DNA of 64,000 bases, from the NCBI RefSeq assembly GCF_032444005.1, contig NC_091291.1, forward strand, positions 143,902,001 to 143,966,000. The letters run 5' to 3'. Made by a program: the position numbers and the translations under genes. Under the pieces are notes generated by a model that saw only the letters and a program-made list of their open reading frames with translations, had not been told where the DNA came from and searched no databases. Source of the DNA: Ranitomeya imitator (taxonomy: Eukaryota). Positions 11,508 to 24,175 of the stretch are shown here, in pieces; positions within the stretch are counted from its first letter, which is position 1; the number at the start of each line of letters is the position of its first letter.

Positions 11508-13465
11508 TACATAACTTTAAAAGAACAAAGAGTCCTATGCAGTTTCTGTACCAGTTTTTGCTGGTATTAGGGGGGAGGGGGGGGGAATGAGGAGTTTAAG
11601 GACCCTGGCATTGGCAGCACAAAGCCATATAAATTCTTCAGTGAATGTGCTGGCTGGTCTCACATTACACTATATAGCAGGGGGGAGGGAGTTGCCTGCA
11701 GGCTAAGAAAGTAGAGAGATTTCTAGGCAGAGTAAAAAGAGGGGGTCAGAAAAGCCCACAGCGTGTGTCTGAAAAGCCATGGACCCTTTAGGTATATACT
11801 CAAACATGGCATATCCATATTATCGTGTTATAGTGCATGGATCGTTGCACTCTCTGTTATCAGCCACCTCAGGCTGGAGAGAGGCTGAATGTAGGGCGGG
11901 TAAATAGAGGCTATTGCTCCCTGTTATCAGCTGGGAGAGGCTTTTATCAATAAGATGTGTAAAAGAAAGGATGGAAACTTACAGACCTCATCTGACCACG
12001 TGTCATATATCTGTGATGTCATCACCAGGGGGCAGGGCTGACAACCTGACATGACACACGGGCTGGTTGTCTGCAGTAATCTATGCAGTGACATCAGGGG
12101 CCGGAGGCTTTTTTCTTGTGTTACCAATAGTTGGCCTCAATGTTAATCCTGAACCTCCTGATTCACGAAGGGCAGGAATATTCCGGGAGGGAGGATTGAT
12201 GTCACTGAATGCATTTATGGTAGGATGTAAGAGACGAGGATAAATCTGCTGATGGTCTCCTGGGGTTCGGAGCACGCGGCATAGTCAGAGCTGTCAGTGT
12301 CCTGGTCGCCGTCAGCCGCACAACAAGCCGCAATACAAAAGGCCGAGTAATTGGATTAGCGAGGATCATCTCAGATGAAGAGCAATCCCATACAAGAGAC
12401 AATAAGCTAATTATTTATACATCGGATCCAGATCATAAGAACGGGAAGAGGTTACCACCACAATCATGGCGGCATCGTCCTACAGATGGGCAATGAATAC
12501 GGGGAATGGCGGTCACATCGGTGCAGCATGGGCAGGTTGTTCCCCGGAGCTCGGAGTCCATCTGTCTGGTCTGTGGTCTATGGGCACCAAAGGGGCAAAG
12601 GCATCATATACAAGGGATGAGAGAAGTATTGAACACATCACCAATGTTCTAAGTAAATCTATTTGTAAAGGTGCTATTGAAATGAAAATCTCCCAAAATG
12701 TCGGTAACAAGCCATCCAATCCACCCAGGGAAGAAATCATCATAGATGTCCATAAGGTGCGTGTAATAATGAGAAATGGCACAGGGAAAAGTATTGAAAG
12801 CATCACTGAAATGTATTTAATACTTTGTATAAAAGCCTTTGTTGGTGATGAATCTTCCTGTATGGAGAAACTAGTTACAGGCATTGCTCAGGTGGAATTT
12901 TCGCCCAGTCTTTCACACAAACACTCCTCAAATCCTAAAACCTCTGTTGGCTCCTTCTATGAATTCTGAACCTTGGTTCCTTCCATACATTTTCTATAGA
13001 ATTCAGGTCCACTGATCGGCTCTGCCATTCTAGCAGCTTTATTTTTTGTCTCTGACACCAGTTGTGTTTCCTTGGCTGTGTGTGGGATCATTGTCTGGCT
13101 GAAATGTCCACCCTCATTTCATCATCATCATCATCATCATCCTGGTAGATGGCAGATTTTTTACCCAGAATGTCTCGGTACATTTATCCATTTATCCTTC
13201 CTTCAATTACATGAAGTTTGCCAAAGCCGTATGCTGAAAAATAGCCCCACACCATGATGTTCCCACCTCCACTCTTCACTGTTGTATGGTGTTTCTGGGG
13301 GAATATGCGGTGCCTTTTGGTCTCCAAACATGATGGGTATTATGGCATCCGTAGAGTTCAATTTTGACCAGACTATGTTCTCCCAGTATTTCACAGGCTT
13401 GTCTAAAGGTTGTTGAGCAAACTGTAAATTCGCTTGAACATGCTTTTTGTTCAGCAATGGAGTCT

Positions 13466-13790
13466 TGTGTGGTGAGCATGCATACTGGCCACAGAGGTTG
13501 TGTGCTGAGCGTGCATACAGGCCACAGAGCTTGTGTGCTGAGCGTGCATACAGGCCACAGAGGTTGTGTGCTGAGCGTGCATACAGGCCACAGAGCTTGT
13601 GTGCTGAGCGTGCATACTGGCCACAGAGGTTGTGTGCTGAGCGTGCATACAGGCCACAGAGCTTGTGTGCTGAGCGTGCATACAGGCCACAGAGGTTGTG
13701 TGCTGAGCGTGCATACAAGCCACAGGGGTTGTGTGCTGAGCGTGCATACAGGCCATGGACATTGCATAGTGAGCGTGCACACCGATCATG
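13466..13790. repeat. 33-bp minisatellite inside the Tc1 transposase
   Basis: TGTGTGCTGAGCGTGCATACAGGCCACAGAGGT, ~9-10 copies with alternating GAGG/GAGC variants. Confidence 0.95.
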
Positions 13791-14829
13791 GAGATTGTGT
13801 GGGGAGCATGCAAACGAGCCTTGGAGGTTGCCTATATTACTTACAGTTTTCGGTTAAACCATTGTACCTGCTTAATAAACGTCTTTGTGTAGCTCTCTAC
13901 CGGTGTCCTTGGCTCTTGGACATCTCTTCTAATAATTATTTTCACTCCGCTGTCTAAAACCTTGCAGGGAGCAGTTGGTCGTGACCGGTTTATGGTGAAA
14001 TTATATTCTTTCCACTTCTGGTTTATGGCCCTAGAAAGTTCTCACGCAGCGATGCCGTAAGTCAGCTATAAATTCCAGTGAACTTTCTCACTTTGGGAGC
14101 TCAGCGCTAGACACTGACAGGAGGGATTACGCTCCTGTCAGTGTGTGTCGGCTGACGGGGAGAGCGGTCACTCATGTAACTGCTCACCAACTCATCCGAA
14201 TCATCGTGGAACAGCATGGATTAGCTGCACTTCAAACAATTGAGGGACATGGTTGTTGATTATTCTTTTTTTACAGGGGACATGGGCATCGTTAGATTAC
14301 ACATAAGTTGAGCATTTTTGTTTATTATTTTCTGTTCTTTACAGGTGACATGGTCTTTAATGGAATTTGGCTTAAGGTGAGTATAACTGCTTGTAATTTT
14401 TAAATACATTTGTAAAACATGGTATGGTTTTTATTTTCACCGAAAGGACTTTATTCTGGGTTTTTTATTTACAATATGACTTAGGGGTTAGTAATGCATA
14501 GGTGCCTTTTAGATGCTTCTACATTACTAAGCCGTGGGCTTGATGTCACCAGACAATACAAAGGTGACATCAACCCCACAAATATTAACCCCACTGGCCA
14601 CTGCTACAGGGCAAGTGGAAAGAGCCAGTCAAAGCACCAGAATCTCTGGGCAGCTGTAGGCTGCTATTTCTAAGCTGGGGGGCAATATCCATAGCCCCTT
14701 ACCAGCCTAAGAATACTAGCCCCCAGATGTCTGTTTTAGCTTAACTGGTTGACAAAAATGGGGGGCCCCATGCCATTTTTTTTTAAATTAGTCACGTGGT
14801 GACCCCTATAATATTGATAACCAGCCACT

Positions 14830-14909
14830 TGCAGCGCTGGGGTCCTGGGTTCTAATCCCACCCAGGACAACATCTGCAAAGAGTTTGTATGTTCTCTTCG
14901 TGTTTGCGT

Positions 14910-14940
<31 letters not shown>

Positions 14941-15075
14941 ACATTCCAAAGACATACTGATAGGGATTCTAGATTGTGAGCCCCATCGGGGACAGTGATG
15001 ATAATGTGTGCAAAACTGTAAAGCGCTGCGGAATATGTTAGCGCTATATAAAAATAAAGATTATTATTATTATTA
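14830..15075 (+). mobile_element. tRNA-derived SINE (V-SINE-like) with L2-type tail, 5'-truncated
   Basis: B-box-like GGTTCTAATCC; GGGTTTCCTCCGGGCACTCCGGTTTCCTCCCACA core; TGTAAAGCGCTGCGG...AATAAA(GATT)(ATT)n end. Confidence 0.8.
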
Positions 15076-15988
15076 TGATAAAGCTGAGAACAGAGGGTGG
15101 CAGCTCACAGCTGTTAGTTTTGCCATGTTGGTTATCAAAAGTAGAACAGACTCCACGTAATTTTTTTTTTACATTTCTTTATTTATAGCGCAGGTTGATT
15201 AAATACTCCTATCAGCGGCGCCTGCTTTCGCTGTTATCTGCGGCAGCAGGCTTAGGCTAATAGGAGTAGTAATCTCTCATCAGCAACGCCTCTGGGACCA
15301 GAGGCAAATTTTTTTAGTGTCGGTCACAGATGCTGGCGCTCTGTATGGCGGTAATTATCTTACCGCCGATCAAATTCGCCAGTGTTTCTTGCGCTGTCAT
15401 GCAGATGACAGCGTGGAAAACACCAGATGTTCAGGGTGCCGAACCCAAGCAGTAACACGTACTTCCTGGAGAAGTCCTTGTTCGGGATCCATGCCCGAAC
15501 ATCAGGTGTTCTGTATGGACCCCGAACGTTACTGTTCAGGTGCGCCCGTCACTACTCATTATTACAAATAACTTAATTTTGAGACATCTATGATTTAATT
15601 TCTTTGCCTATTTGGATTGGATGACTTGTTACCAACATCTAGTGAGAATTTCATGTCAATAGCAGCCTTAGAAAAATATTTTTTAAGTAAATTAGTGACA
15701 TGTTCAATATTTATTTATCCCTCTGTATATTAGGAAGTCTCCAGAACAAAAATCCTCCCTCCAGTGAGCTGTTTGTCACCGCACTGACCGGCAAAATCAC
15801 CCTCACTGGTAGTGTATGATCACAACAAGCCAAAACCTCATTTTACAAAGAATCCAGCAGAGAACTTACTAATTAATATCATGAGAAAAGATCACAGGGA
15901 ATAACATATAAGATACTGACACCGAGATATTATCAATAGAGGGAACAGGGCATCAACAAAAAACAGCAATGAAATGTACACAGGATTG

Positions 15989-18153
15989 TATGTACAAGAA
16001 TATAACTACTATAATACTGCTCCTATGTACAAGAATATAACTACTATAATACTGCCCCCTATGTACAAGAATATAACTACTATAATACTGCCCCCTATGT
16101 ACAAGAATATAACTACTATAATACTGCCCCTATGTACAAGAATATAACTACTATAATACTGCCCCCTATGTACAAGAATATAACTACTATAATACTGCCC
16201 CCTATGTACAAGAATATAACTACTATAATACTGCCCCTATGTACAAGAATATAACTACTATAATACTGCCCCTATGTACAAGAATATAACTACTATAATA
16301 CTGCCCCTATGTACAAGAATATAACTACTATAATACTGCCCCCTATGTACAAGAATATAACTACTATAATACTGCCCCTATGTACAAGAATATAACTACT
16401 ATAATACTGCCCCTATGTACAAGAATATAACTACTATAATACTGCTCCTATGTACAAAAAATATAACTACTATGATACTGCCCCATGTACAGGAATATAA
16501 CTACTATAATACTGCTCCTATATACAATATAACTACTATAATACTGCTCATATGTACAAGAATATAACGACTATAATACTGCTCCTATGTACAAGAATAT
16601 AACTACTATAATACTGCTCCCTATGTACAAGAATATAACTACTATAATACTGCTCCTATGTACAAGAATATAACTACTATAATACTGCTCCTATGTACAA
16701 GAATATAACTACTATAATACTGCCCCTATGTACAAGAATATAACTACTATAATACTGCCACTATATACAAGAATATAACTACTGTAATACTGCTCCTATA
16801 TACAAGAATATAACTACTATAATACTGCCACTATATACAAGAATATAACTACTATAATACTGCTCCTATGTACAAGAATATAACTACTATAATACTGCTC
16901 CTATGTACAAGAATATAACTACTATAATACTGCCCCCTATGTACAAGAATATATCTACTATAATACTGAACCTGTGTACAAGAATATAACTACTATAATA
17001 CTGCTCCTATGTACAAGAATATATCTACTATAATACTGAACCTGTGTACAAGAATATAACTACTATAATACTGCCCCTATGTACAAGAATATAACTACTA
17101 TAATACTGCCCCTATGTACAAGAATATAACTACTATAATACTGCTTCCTGTGTACAAGAATATAACTACTATAATACTGCCCCTATGTACAAGAATATAA
17201 CTACTATAATACTGCCCCATGTACAGGAATATAACTACTATAATACTGCTCCTATGTACAAGAATATAACTACTATAATACTGCCCCTATGTACAAGAAT
17301 ATAACTACTATAATACTGCTCCTATGTACAAGAATATAACTACTATAATACTGCTCCCTATGTACAAGAATATAACTACTATAATACTGCTCCTATGTAC
17401 AAGAATATAACTACTATAATACTGCTCCTATGTACAAGAATATAACTACTATAATACTGCTCCCTATGTACAAGAATATAACTACTATAATACTGCTCCT
17501 ATATGCAAGAATATAACTACTATAATACTGCTCCTATGTACAAGAATATAACTACTATAATACTGCTCCCTATGTACAAGAATATAACTACTATAATACT
17601 GCCCCTATGTACAAGAATATAACTACTATAATACTGCTTCCTGTGTACAAGAATATAACTACTATAATACTGCCCCATGTACAGGAATATAACTACTATA
17701 ATACTGCTCCTATGTACAAGAATATAACTACTATAATACTGCCCCTATGTACAAGAATATAACTACTATAATACTGCTCCTATGTACAAGAATATAACTA
17801 CTATAATACTGCTCCCTATGTACAAGAATATAACTACTATAATACTGCTCCTATGTACAAGAATATAACTACTATAATACTGCTCCTATGTACAAGAATA
17901 TAACTACTATAATACTGCTCCCTATGTACAAGAATATAACTACTATAATACTGCTCCTATGTACAAGAATATAACTACTGTAATACTGCCCCTATGTACA
18001 AGAATATAACTACTATAATACTGCCCCTATGTACAGGAATATAACTACTATAATACTGCTCCTATGTACAAGAATATAACTACTATAATACTGCTCCCTA
18101 TGTACAAGAATATAACTACTATAATACTGCCCCTATGTACAAGAATATAACTA
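15989..18153 (+). repeat. AT-rich 35-bp satellite array (TATGTACAAGAATATAACTACTATAATACTGCCCC), left part
   Basis: About 60 near-identical tandem units read directly. Confidence 0.98.
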
Positions 18154-18503
18154 CCAAGGAATGAAGAAAAATAAAGTGGCACTCACCCAATATTGCTATA
18201 TGAAAAATGTCCTTTATTCAGAGTATACACTCACAGACATCGGGTGGAGAGGCGGCTTGGTAGGAAGGGAGGTACAAGAGGAGGCAAGAGGACGACGGCC
18301 GTTTCGCGCCTGCGCGCTTCAACGGGTCCAGGTGCATGAATTAAGAACGTCACATCCTATATAGAGGACTAAACATCATGGTGTGAACAGGTGATACTAT
18401 TAAAAACATATTTGGATACAAACACCAAATTATGCTAATAAGCACAAGTACAAACGCTTTTTGTATATACTATACATAATGCTAATACAAAAAAATATAA
18501 TTC

Positions 18504-19541
18504 TTACAGGAAAATAGACATGTCCAATTTGTCATTCAATCCTATTGCGCCTTGCGCATTCGTTTCAATAATCCACCTTGCTTCACGTTGTAACAATGCA
18601 TTACCTCGATCTCCTCCATTCTGGGGATTTTTTACGATTTCCAAGCCTGCAAACCGCAAGACATTCGGGTCTGCATTGTGTATGTCACGCATATGCTTAA
18701 TAAAGCGGGGACAGCCCTTCCCAGAGGAGACCGAACTATAATGTTCTCTGAACCTGTGGTAAAGTGGGCGGATAGTTTTACCAATATAGAAGGAATGGCA
18801 TGGGCACATAATTAAATTAACCACATACTGTGATTTACATGTTATTAATTGACGGACTGTGTGACAGATGGGACCAATATGAATGGGATTATCAAGTAGT
18901 CTAAATCGACAATAACTGCAATTTCCACATTTGTGGTTACCTGTAGGTTGCAGTTCCCTCAACCAATTTGAATTTTCAATGGCTGACAAGCGGTTTTTCA
19001 CAATAAGGTCCCCCAAATTTTTTGTTCGTCTATAGGCGAAAATTGGGTGATTTTTTGTCAAAGATGAAAGTTCCCGATCAGACTGTAGAATGTGCCAGTT
19101 TTTTTGTATAGCCGCATAAATTACTTTATTCATCGGGCTATGCATGAATGTAAATACAAATTTATTACTATCACTGTCACTAGGGGAACTTTTTATTTTT
19201 TTACGATTTTTGAGCAGATCCTCTTGTGCTAATTTTCTAACCCTATTTTCTGCTACCGACAAAATTTTGGGGGGATAATTTCTTTCTACAAAATTGGTTT
19301 TGAGTTCAGCTATTTGTTTATCGAAAACTTCCTCATTATTGATAATTTTCCTGTATCTAACCATCTGGCTGTAAGGTATGCTGTTTTTTGTGTGAAAACG
19401 ATGAGCGCTATTAAAATGCAATAAACTATTTGTCGCTGTCAATTTTTTATGTACCGATGTATTAATTTTACCTTCGGCTATCTCGATCTTAACATCTAAA
19501 AATTCAAGCGACAAGCCCCCAAATACGGCGGTAAACTGCAT
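18504..19541 (-). CDS. Penelope-like polyprotein C-terminal fragment (RT thumb, Cys-rich linker, GIY-YIG endonuclease); 5'-truncated but uninterrupted
   Basis: 'FLDVKI...KLTATNSLLHFNSAH...IPYSQMVRY', 'CGNCSYC', 'YVVNLIMCPCHSFYIGKTIRPLYHRFREH', 'LQREARWIIE..GLN'. Confidence 0.92.
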   Translation of the reverse strand: MQFTAVFGGLSLEFLDVKIEIAEGKINTSVHKKLTATNSLLHFNSAHRFHTKNSIPYSQMVRYRKIINNEEVFDKQIAELKTNFVERNYPPKILSVAENRVRKLAQEDLLKNRKKIKSSPSDSDSNKFVFTFMHSPMNKVIYAAIQKNWHILQSDRELSSLTKNHPIFAYRRTKNLGDLIVKNRLSAIENSNWLRELQPTGNHKCGNCSYCRFRLLDNPIHIGPICHTVRQLITCKSQYVVNLIMCPCHSFYIGKTIRPLYHRFREHYSSVSSGKGCPRFIKHMRDIHNADPNVLRFAGLEIVKNPQNGGDRGNALLQREARWIIETNAQGAIGLNDKLDMSIFL

Positions 19542-20034
19542 ATTGTCATCATTATTATTGTTAAGATAAGAAACAAAATTCTCAAAATCTATCCGCCCAC
19601 TTTACCACAGGTTCAGAGAACATTATAGTTCGGTCTCCTCTGGGAAGGGCTGTCCCCGCTTTATTAAGCATATGCGTGACATACACAATGCAGACCCGAA
19701 TGTCTTGCGGTTTGCAGGCTTGGAAATCGTAAAAAATCCCCAGAATGAAGGAGATCGAGGTAATGCATTGTTACAACGTGAAGCAAGGTGGATTATTGAA
19801 ACGAATGCGCAAGGCGCAATAGGATTGAATGACAAATTGCACATGTCTATTTTCCTGTAAGAATTATATTTTTTTGTATTAGCATTATGTATAGTATATA
19901 CAAAAAGCGTTTGTACTTGTGCTTATTAGCATAATTTGGTGTTTGTATCCAAATATGTTTTTAATGGTATCACCTGTTCACACCATGATGTTTAGTCCTC
20001 TATATAGGATGTGACGTTCTTAATTCATGCACCT

Positions 20035-20074
20035 GGACCCGTTGAAGCGCGCAGGCGCGAAACGGCCGTCGTCC
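20035..20074 (+). ncRNA. Variant minimal hammerhead-like motif in the PLE pseudo-LTR (second copy 18290-18329, minus)
   Basis: GGAC-CCGTTGAA-GCGC-GCAG-GCGC-GAAA-CGGCCGTC-GTCC: correct stems, GAAA and GUC, palindromic ACGGCCGT stem III; core deviates from CUGANGA. Confidence 0.6.
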
Positions 20075-20383
20075 TCTTGCCTCCTCTTGTACCTCCCTTC
20101 CTACCAAGCCGCCTCTCCACCCGATGTCTGTGAGTGTATACTCTGAATAAAGGACATTTTTCATATAGCAATATTGGGTGAGTGCCACTTTATTTTTCTT
20201 CATTCCTTGGATCTTCATTGCTTTTTTGTTGAGCACCACCCTAATGCTTTTGATTACCGCATGCCACAGTGGTTCTAAATTGAGTCTCCATTTTCCAGTG
20301 CTGTTTGTTTGACAGTCTAGGCATACCCCACGTTATACCATATTCGTGGAGGAAACACTTGGTGCCATTCTATCTTTACCTTT

Positions 20384-22575
20384 ACAAGAATATAACTACT
20401 ATAATACTGCTCCTATATACAAGAATATAACTACTATAATACTGCCTCTATGTACAAGAATATAACTACTATAATACTGCCCCTATATACAAGAATATAA
20501 CTACTATAATACTGCTCCCTATATACAAGAATATAACTACTATAATACTGCCTCCTATGTACAAGAATATAACTACTATAATACTGCCCCTATGTACAAG
20601 AATATAACTACTATAATACTGCTCCTATGTACAAGAATATAACTACTATAATACTGCTCCTATGTACAAGAATATAACTACTATAATACTGCTCCTATGT
20701 ACAAGAATATAACTACTATAATACTGCTCCTATGTACAAGAATATAACTACTATAATACTGCTCCTATGTACAAGAATATAACTACTATAATACTGCTCC
20801 CTATGTACAAGAATATAAGTACTATAATACTGCTCCTATGTACAAGAATATAACTACTATAATACTGCTCCTATGTACAAGAATATAACTACTTTAATAC
20901 TGCTCCCTATGTACAAGAATATAACTACTATAATACTGCCCCTATGTACAAGAATATAACTACTATAATACTGCTCCTATATACAAGAATATAACTACTA
21001 TAATACTGCCCCTATGTACAAGAATATAACTACTATAATACTGCTCCTATATACAAGAATATAACTACTATAATACTGCCCCTATGTACAAGAATATAAC
21101 TACTATAATACTGCTCCTATATACAAGAATATAACTACTATAATACTGCCCCTATGTACAAGAATATAACTACTATAATACTGCCCCTATGTACAAGAAT
21201 ATAACTACTATAATACTGCCCCTATGTGCAAGAATATAACTACTATAATACTGCCCCTATGTACAAGAATATAACTACTATAGTCCTGCCCCTATGTACA
21301 AGAATATAACCACTATAATACTGCCCCTATGTACAAGAATATAACTACTATAATACTGCCCCTATGTACAAGAATATACCTACTATAATACTGCTCCTAT
21401 GTACAAGAATATAACTACTATAATACTGCCCCTATGTGCAAGAATATAACTACTATAATACTGCCCCTATGTACAAGAATATAACTACTATAGTCCTGCC
21501 CCTATGTACAAGAATATAACCACTATAATACTGCCCCTATGTACAAGAATATAACTACTATAATACTGCCCCTATGTACAAGAATATACCTACTATAATA
21601 CTGCTCCTATGTACAAGAATATAACTACTATAATACTGCCCCTATGTGCAAGAATATAACTACTATAATACTGCCCCTATGTACAAGAATATAACTACTA
21701 TAGTCCTGCCCCTATGTACAAGAATATAACCACTATAATACTGCCCCTATGTACAAGAATATAACTACTATAATACTGCCCCTATGTACAAGAATATACC
21801 TACTATAATACTGCCCCTATGTGCAAGAATATAACTACTATAATACTGCTCCCTATGTACAAGAATATAACTACTATAATACTGCCCCTATGTACAAGAA
21901 TATAACTACTATAATACTGTCCCTATGTACAAGAATATAACTACTATAATACTGCCCCTATGTACAAGAATATAACTACTATAATACTGCCCCTATGTGC
22001 AAGAATATAACTACTATAATACTGCTCCTATATACAAGAATATAACTACTATAATACTGCTCCTATGTACAAGAATATAACTACTATAATACTGCTCCTA
22101 TGTGCAAGAATATAACTACTATAATACTGCCCCTATGTACAAGAATATAACTACTATAATACTGCCCCTATGTACAAGAATATAACTACTATAGTCCTGC
22201 CCCTATGTACAAGAATATAACTACTATAATACTGCCCCTATGTACAAGAATATACCTACTATAATACTGCTCCTATGTACAAGAATATAACTACTATAAT
22301 ACTGCCCCTATGTGCAAGAATATAACTACTATAATACTGCCCCTATGTACAAGAATATAACTACTATAGTCCTGCCCGTATGTACAAGAATATAACCACT
22401 ATAATACTGCCCCTATGTACAAGAATATAACTACTATAATACTGCCCCTATGTACAAGAATATACCTACTATAATACTGCCCCTATGTGCAAGAATATAA
22501 CTACTATAATACTGCTCCCTATGTGCAAGAATATAACTACTATAATACTGCCCCTATGTACAAGAATATAACTAC
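20384..22575 (+). repeat. AT-rich 35-bp satellite array, right part, with local 210-bp higher-order repeat
   Basis: Variant TAGTCCTGCC recurs at 21281, 21491 and 21701. Confidence 0.98.
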
Positions 22576-22644
22576 TATAATACTGCGTTCTTTGTACTAG
22601 AATATATGTGCCTGGAGTTGACGTTATCATGCAGGACTGATGTC

Positions 22645-23050
22645 AGCATTAATAATAATAATTTTATTTATATAGCGCCAACATATTCCGCAGCGCTTTA
22701 CAAATTATAGAGGGGACTTGTACGGACAATAAACATTACAGCATAACAGAAATCACAGTTCAAAACAGATACCAGGAGGAGTGAGGGCCCTGCTGCTCGC
22801 AAGCTACAAACTATGGGGAAAAGGGGAGACACGAGAGGTGGATGGTAACAATTGCTTTAGTTATTCGGACCAGCTATAGTGTAAGGCTCAGGTGTTCATG
22901 TAAAGCTGCATGAACCAGTTACCTGCCTAAGTATGTAGCAGTACAGACACAGAGGGCTAATACTGCATAAAGTGTATGAGAACATGATGCGAGGAACCTT
23001 TTTTTTTTTTTTTTTTTTTTTTTTATTATAAATAGGCCACACAGCATTGG
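22645..23050 (-). mobile_element. LINE (L2-type) 3' end fragment
   Basis: (TAA)n followed by TATAGCGCCAACATATTCCGCAGCGCTTTACA, the reverse complement of the tail of the SINE at 15020-15075. Confidence 0.7.
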
Positions 23051-23479
23051 TTGATACGTTGTGTTCTCCGCTGTTTCTGTGGATGTGCCGCATCCTCATG
23101 GTCGGAGCTGATCCTGCACATTACATCTAGTGCAGACACCTGTGAGATGCAGGACATAAAGGCGGCATTGAGGCATTTTGGCATCGTGCTCCTGGGAACA
23201 GCCGCTGTCATTGTATCTTCACATCAAAACATTCTCCTGCTCAGAGTGAGAAGAAGGGGACAGGGTTGAGTTACAGCCGCCCTCCATGGGGAACATTACA
23301 CTGAAATGTCACTGCAGCGTCCCTGAGTTATCTGTGGCCACCATCACCGAATGCATTGTACGAAGAAGCAATCTCTTACCTGTAGCTCAAAGCAGTGACA
23401 ACACTGTGCTTCACAGCAAAAATCTTAGTGTTCCCTGTATGTTCAGCATCTTTCTAGAATGTAACTCAGGACAGTAGAG

Positions 23480-24175
23480 AATAAGTAATGTAATATATGT
23501 ACACAGTGACTGCGCCAGCAGAATAGTGAGTGCAGCTCTGGGGTATAATACAGGATGTAACCCAGGATCAGTAATGTAATGTATGTACACAGTGAGTGCA
23601 CCAGCAGAATAGTGAGTGCAGCTCTGGGGTATAATACAGGAGGTAACTCAGGATCAGTAATGTATGTACAGTGACTGCACCAGCAGAATAGTGAGCGCAG
23701 CTCTGGGGTATAATACAGGATGTAACTCAGGATCAGTAATGTAATATATGTACACAGTGAGTGCACCAGCAGAATAGTGAGTGCAGCTCTGGGGTATAAT
23801 ACAGGATGTAACTCAGGATCAGTAATGTATGTACAGTGACTGCACCAGCAGAATAGTGAGTGCAGCTCTGGGGTATAATACAGGATGTAACTCAGGATCA
23901 GTAATGTAATGTATGTACACAGTGACTGCACCAGCAGAATAGTGAGTGCAGCTCTGGAGTATAATACAGGTTGTAACTCAGGATCAGTAATGTAATGTAT
24001 GTACACAGTGACTGCACCAGCAGAATAGTGAGTGCAGCTCTGGAGTATAATACAGGATGGAACTCAGGATCAGTAATGTGTGTACACAGTGACTGCACCA
24101 GCAGAATAGTGAGTGCAGCTCTGGAGTATAATACAGGATGGAACTCAGGATCAGTAATGTGTGTACACAGTGACC
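23480..24175 (+). repeat. ~79-86-bp minisatellite (~8 copies)
   Basis: CAGTGACTGCACCAGCAGAATAGTGAGTGCAGCTCTGGAGTATAATACAGGATGTAACTCAGGATCAGTAATG repeated. Confidence 0.95.

Larger units (their letters stand above)
12611..15725 (-). mobile_element. Old Tc1 transposon enlarged by nested insertions (33-bp minisatellite, non-autonomous DNA element, SINE)
   Basis: Matching termini TA|CAAGGG..AAGTATTGAACAC (12611) and GTTCAATATTTATTT..CTCTG|TA (15725); transposase remnants at ~12810-13470 ('KTPLLNKKH...YWENIVWS', 'TNKGFYTKY'). Confidence 0.75.
18154..20383. mobile_element. Penelope-like retroelement (Neptune-like), 5'-truncated, with inverted duplication, inserted in the satellite
   Basis: 18154-18775 and 19589-20210 are inverted copies (about 3 mismatches seen); ORF with RT thumb and GIY-YIG; satellite on both sides. 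Confidence 0.92.

Noticed and set aside
12466-12969. 167-aa plus-strand ORF
   Set aside because: Mostly the antisense of a Tc1 3' end and TIR.
23100-23440. Minus-strand donor/acceptor pair suggesting a short intron
   Set aside because: All three frames after the acceptor stop within about 10 codons.
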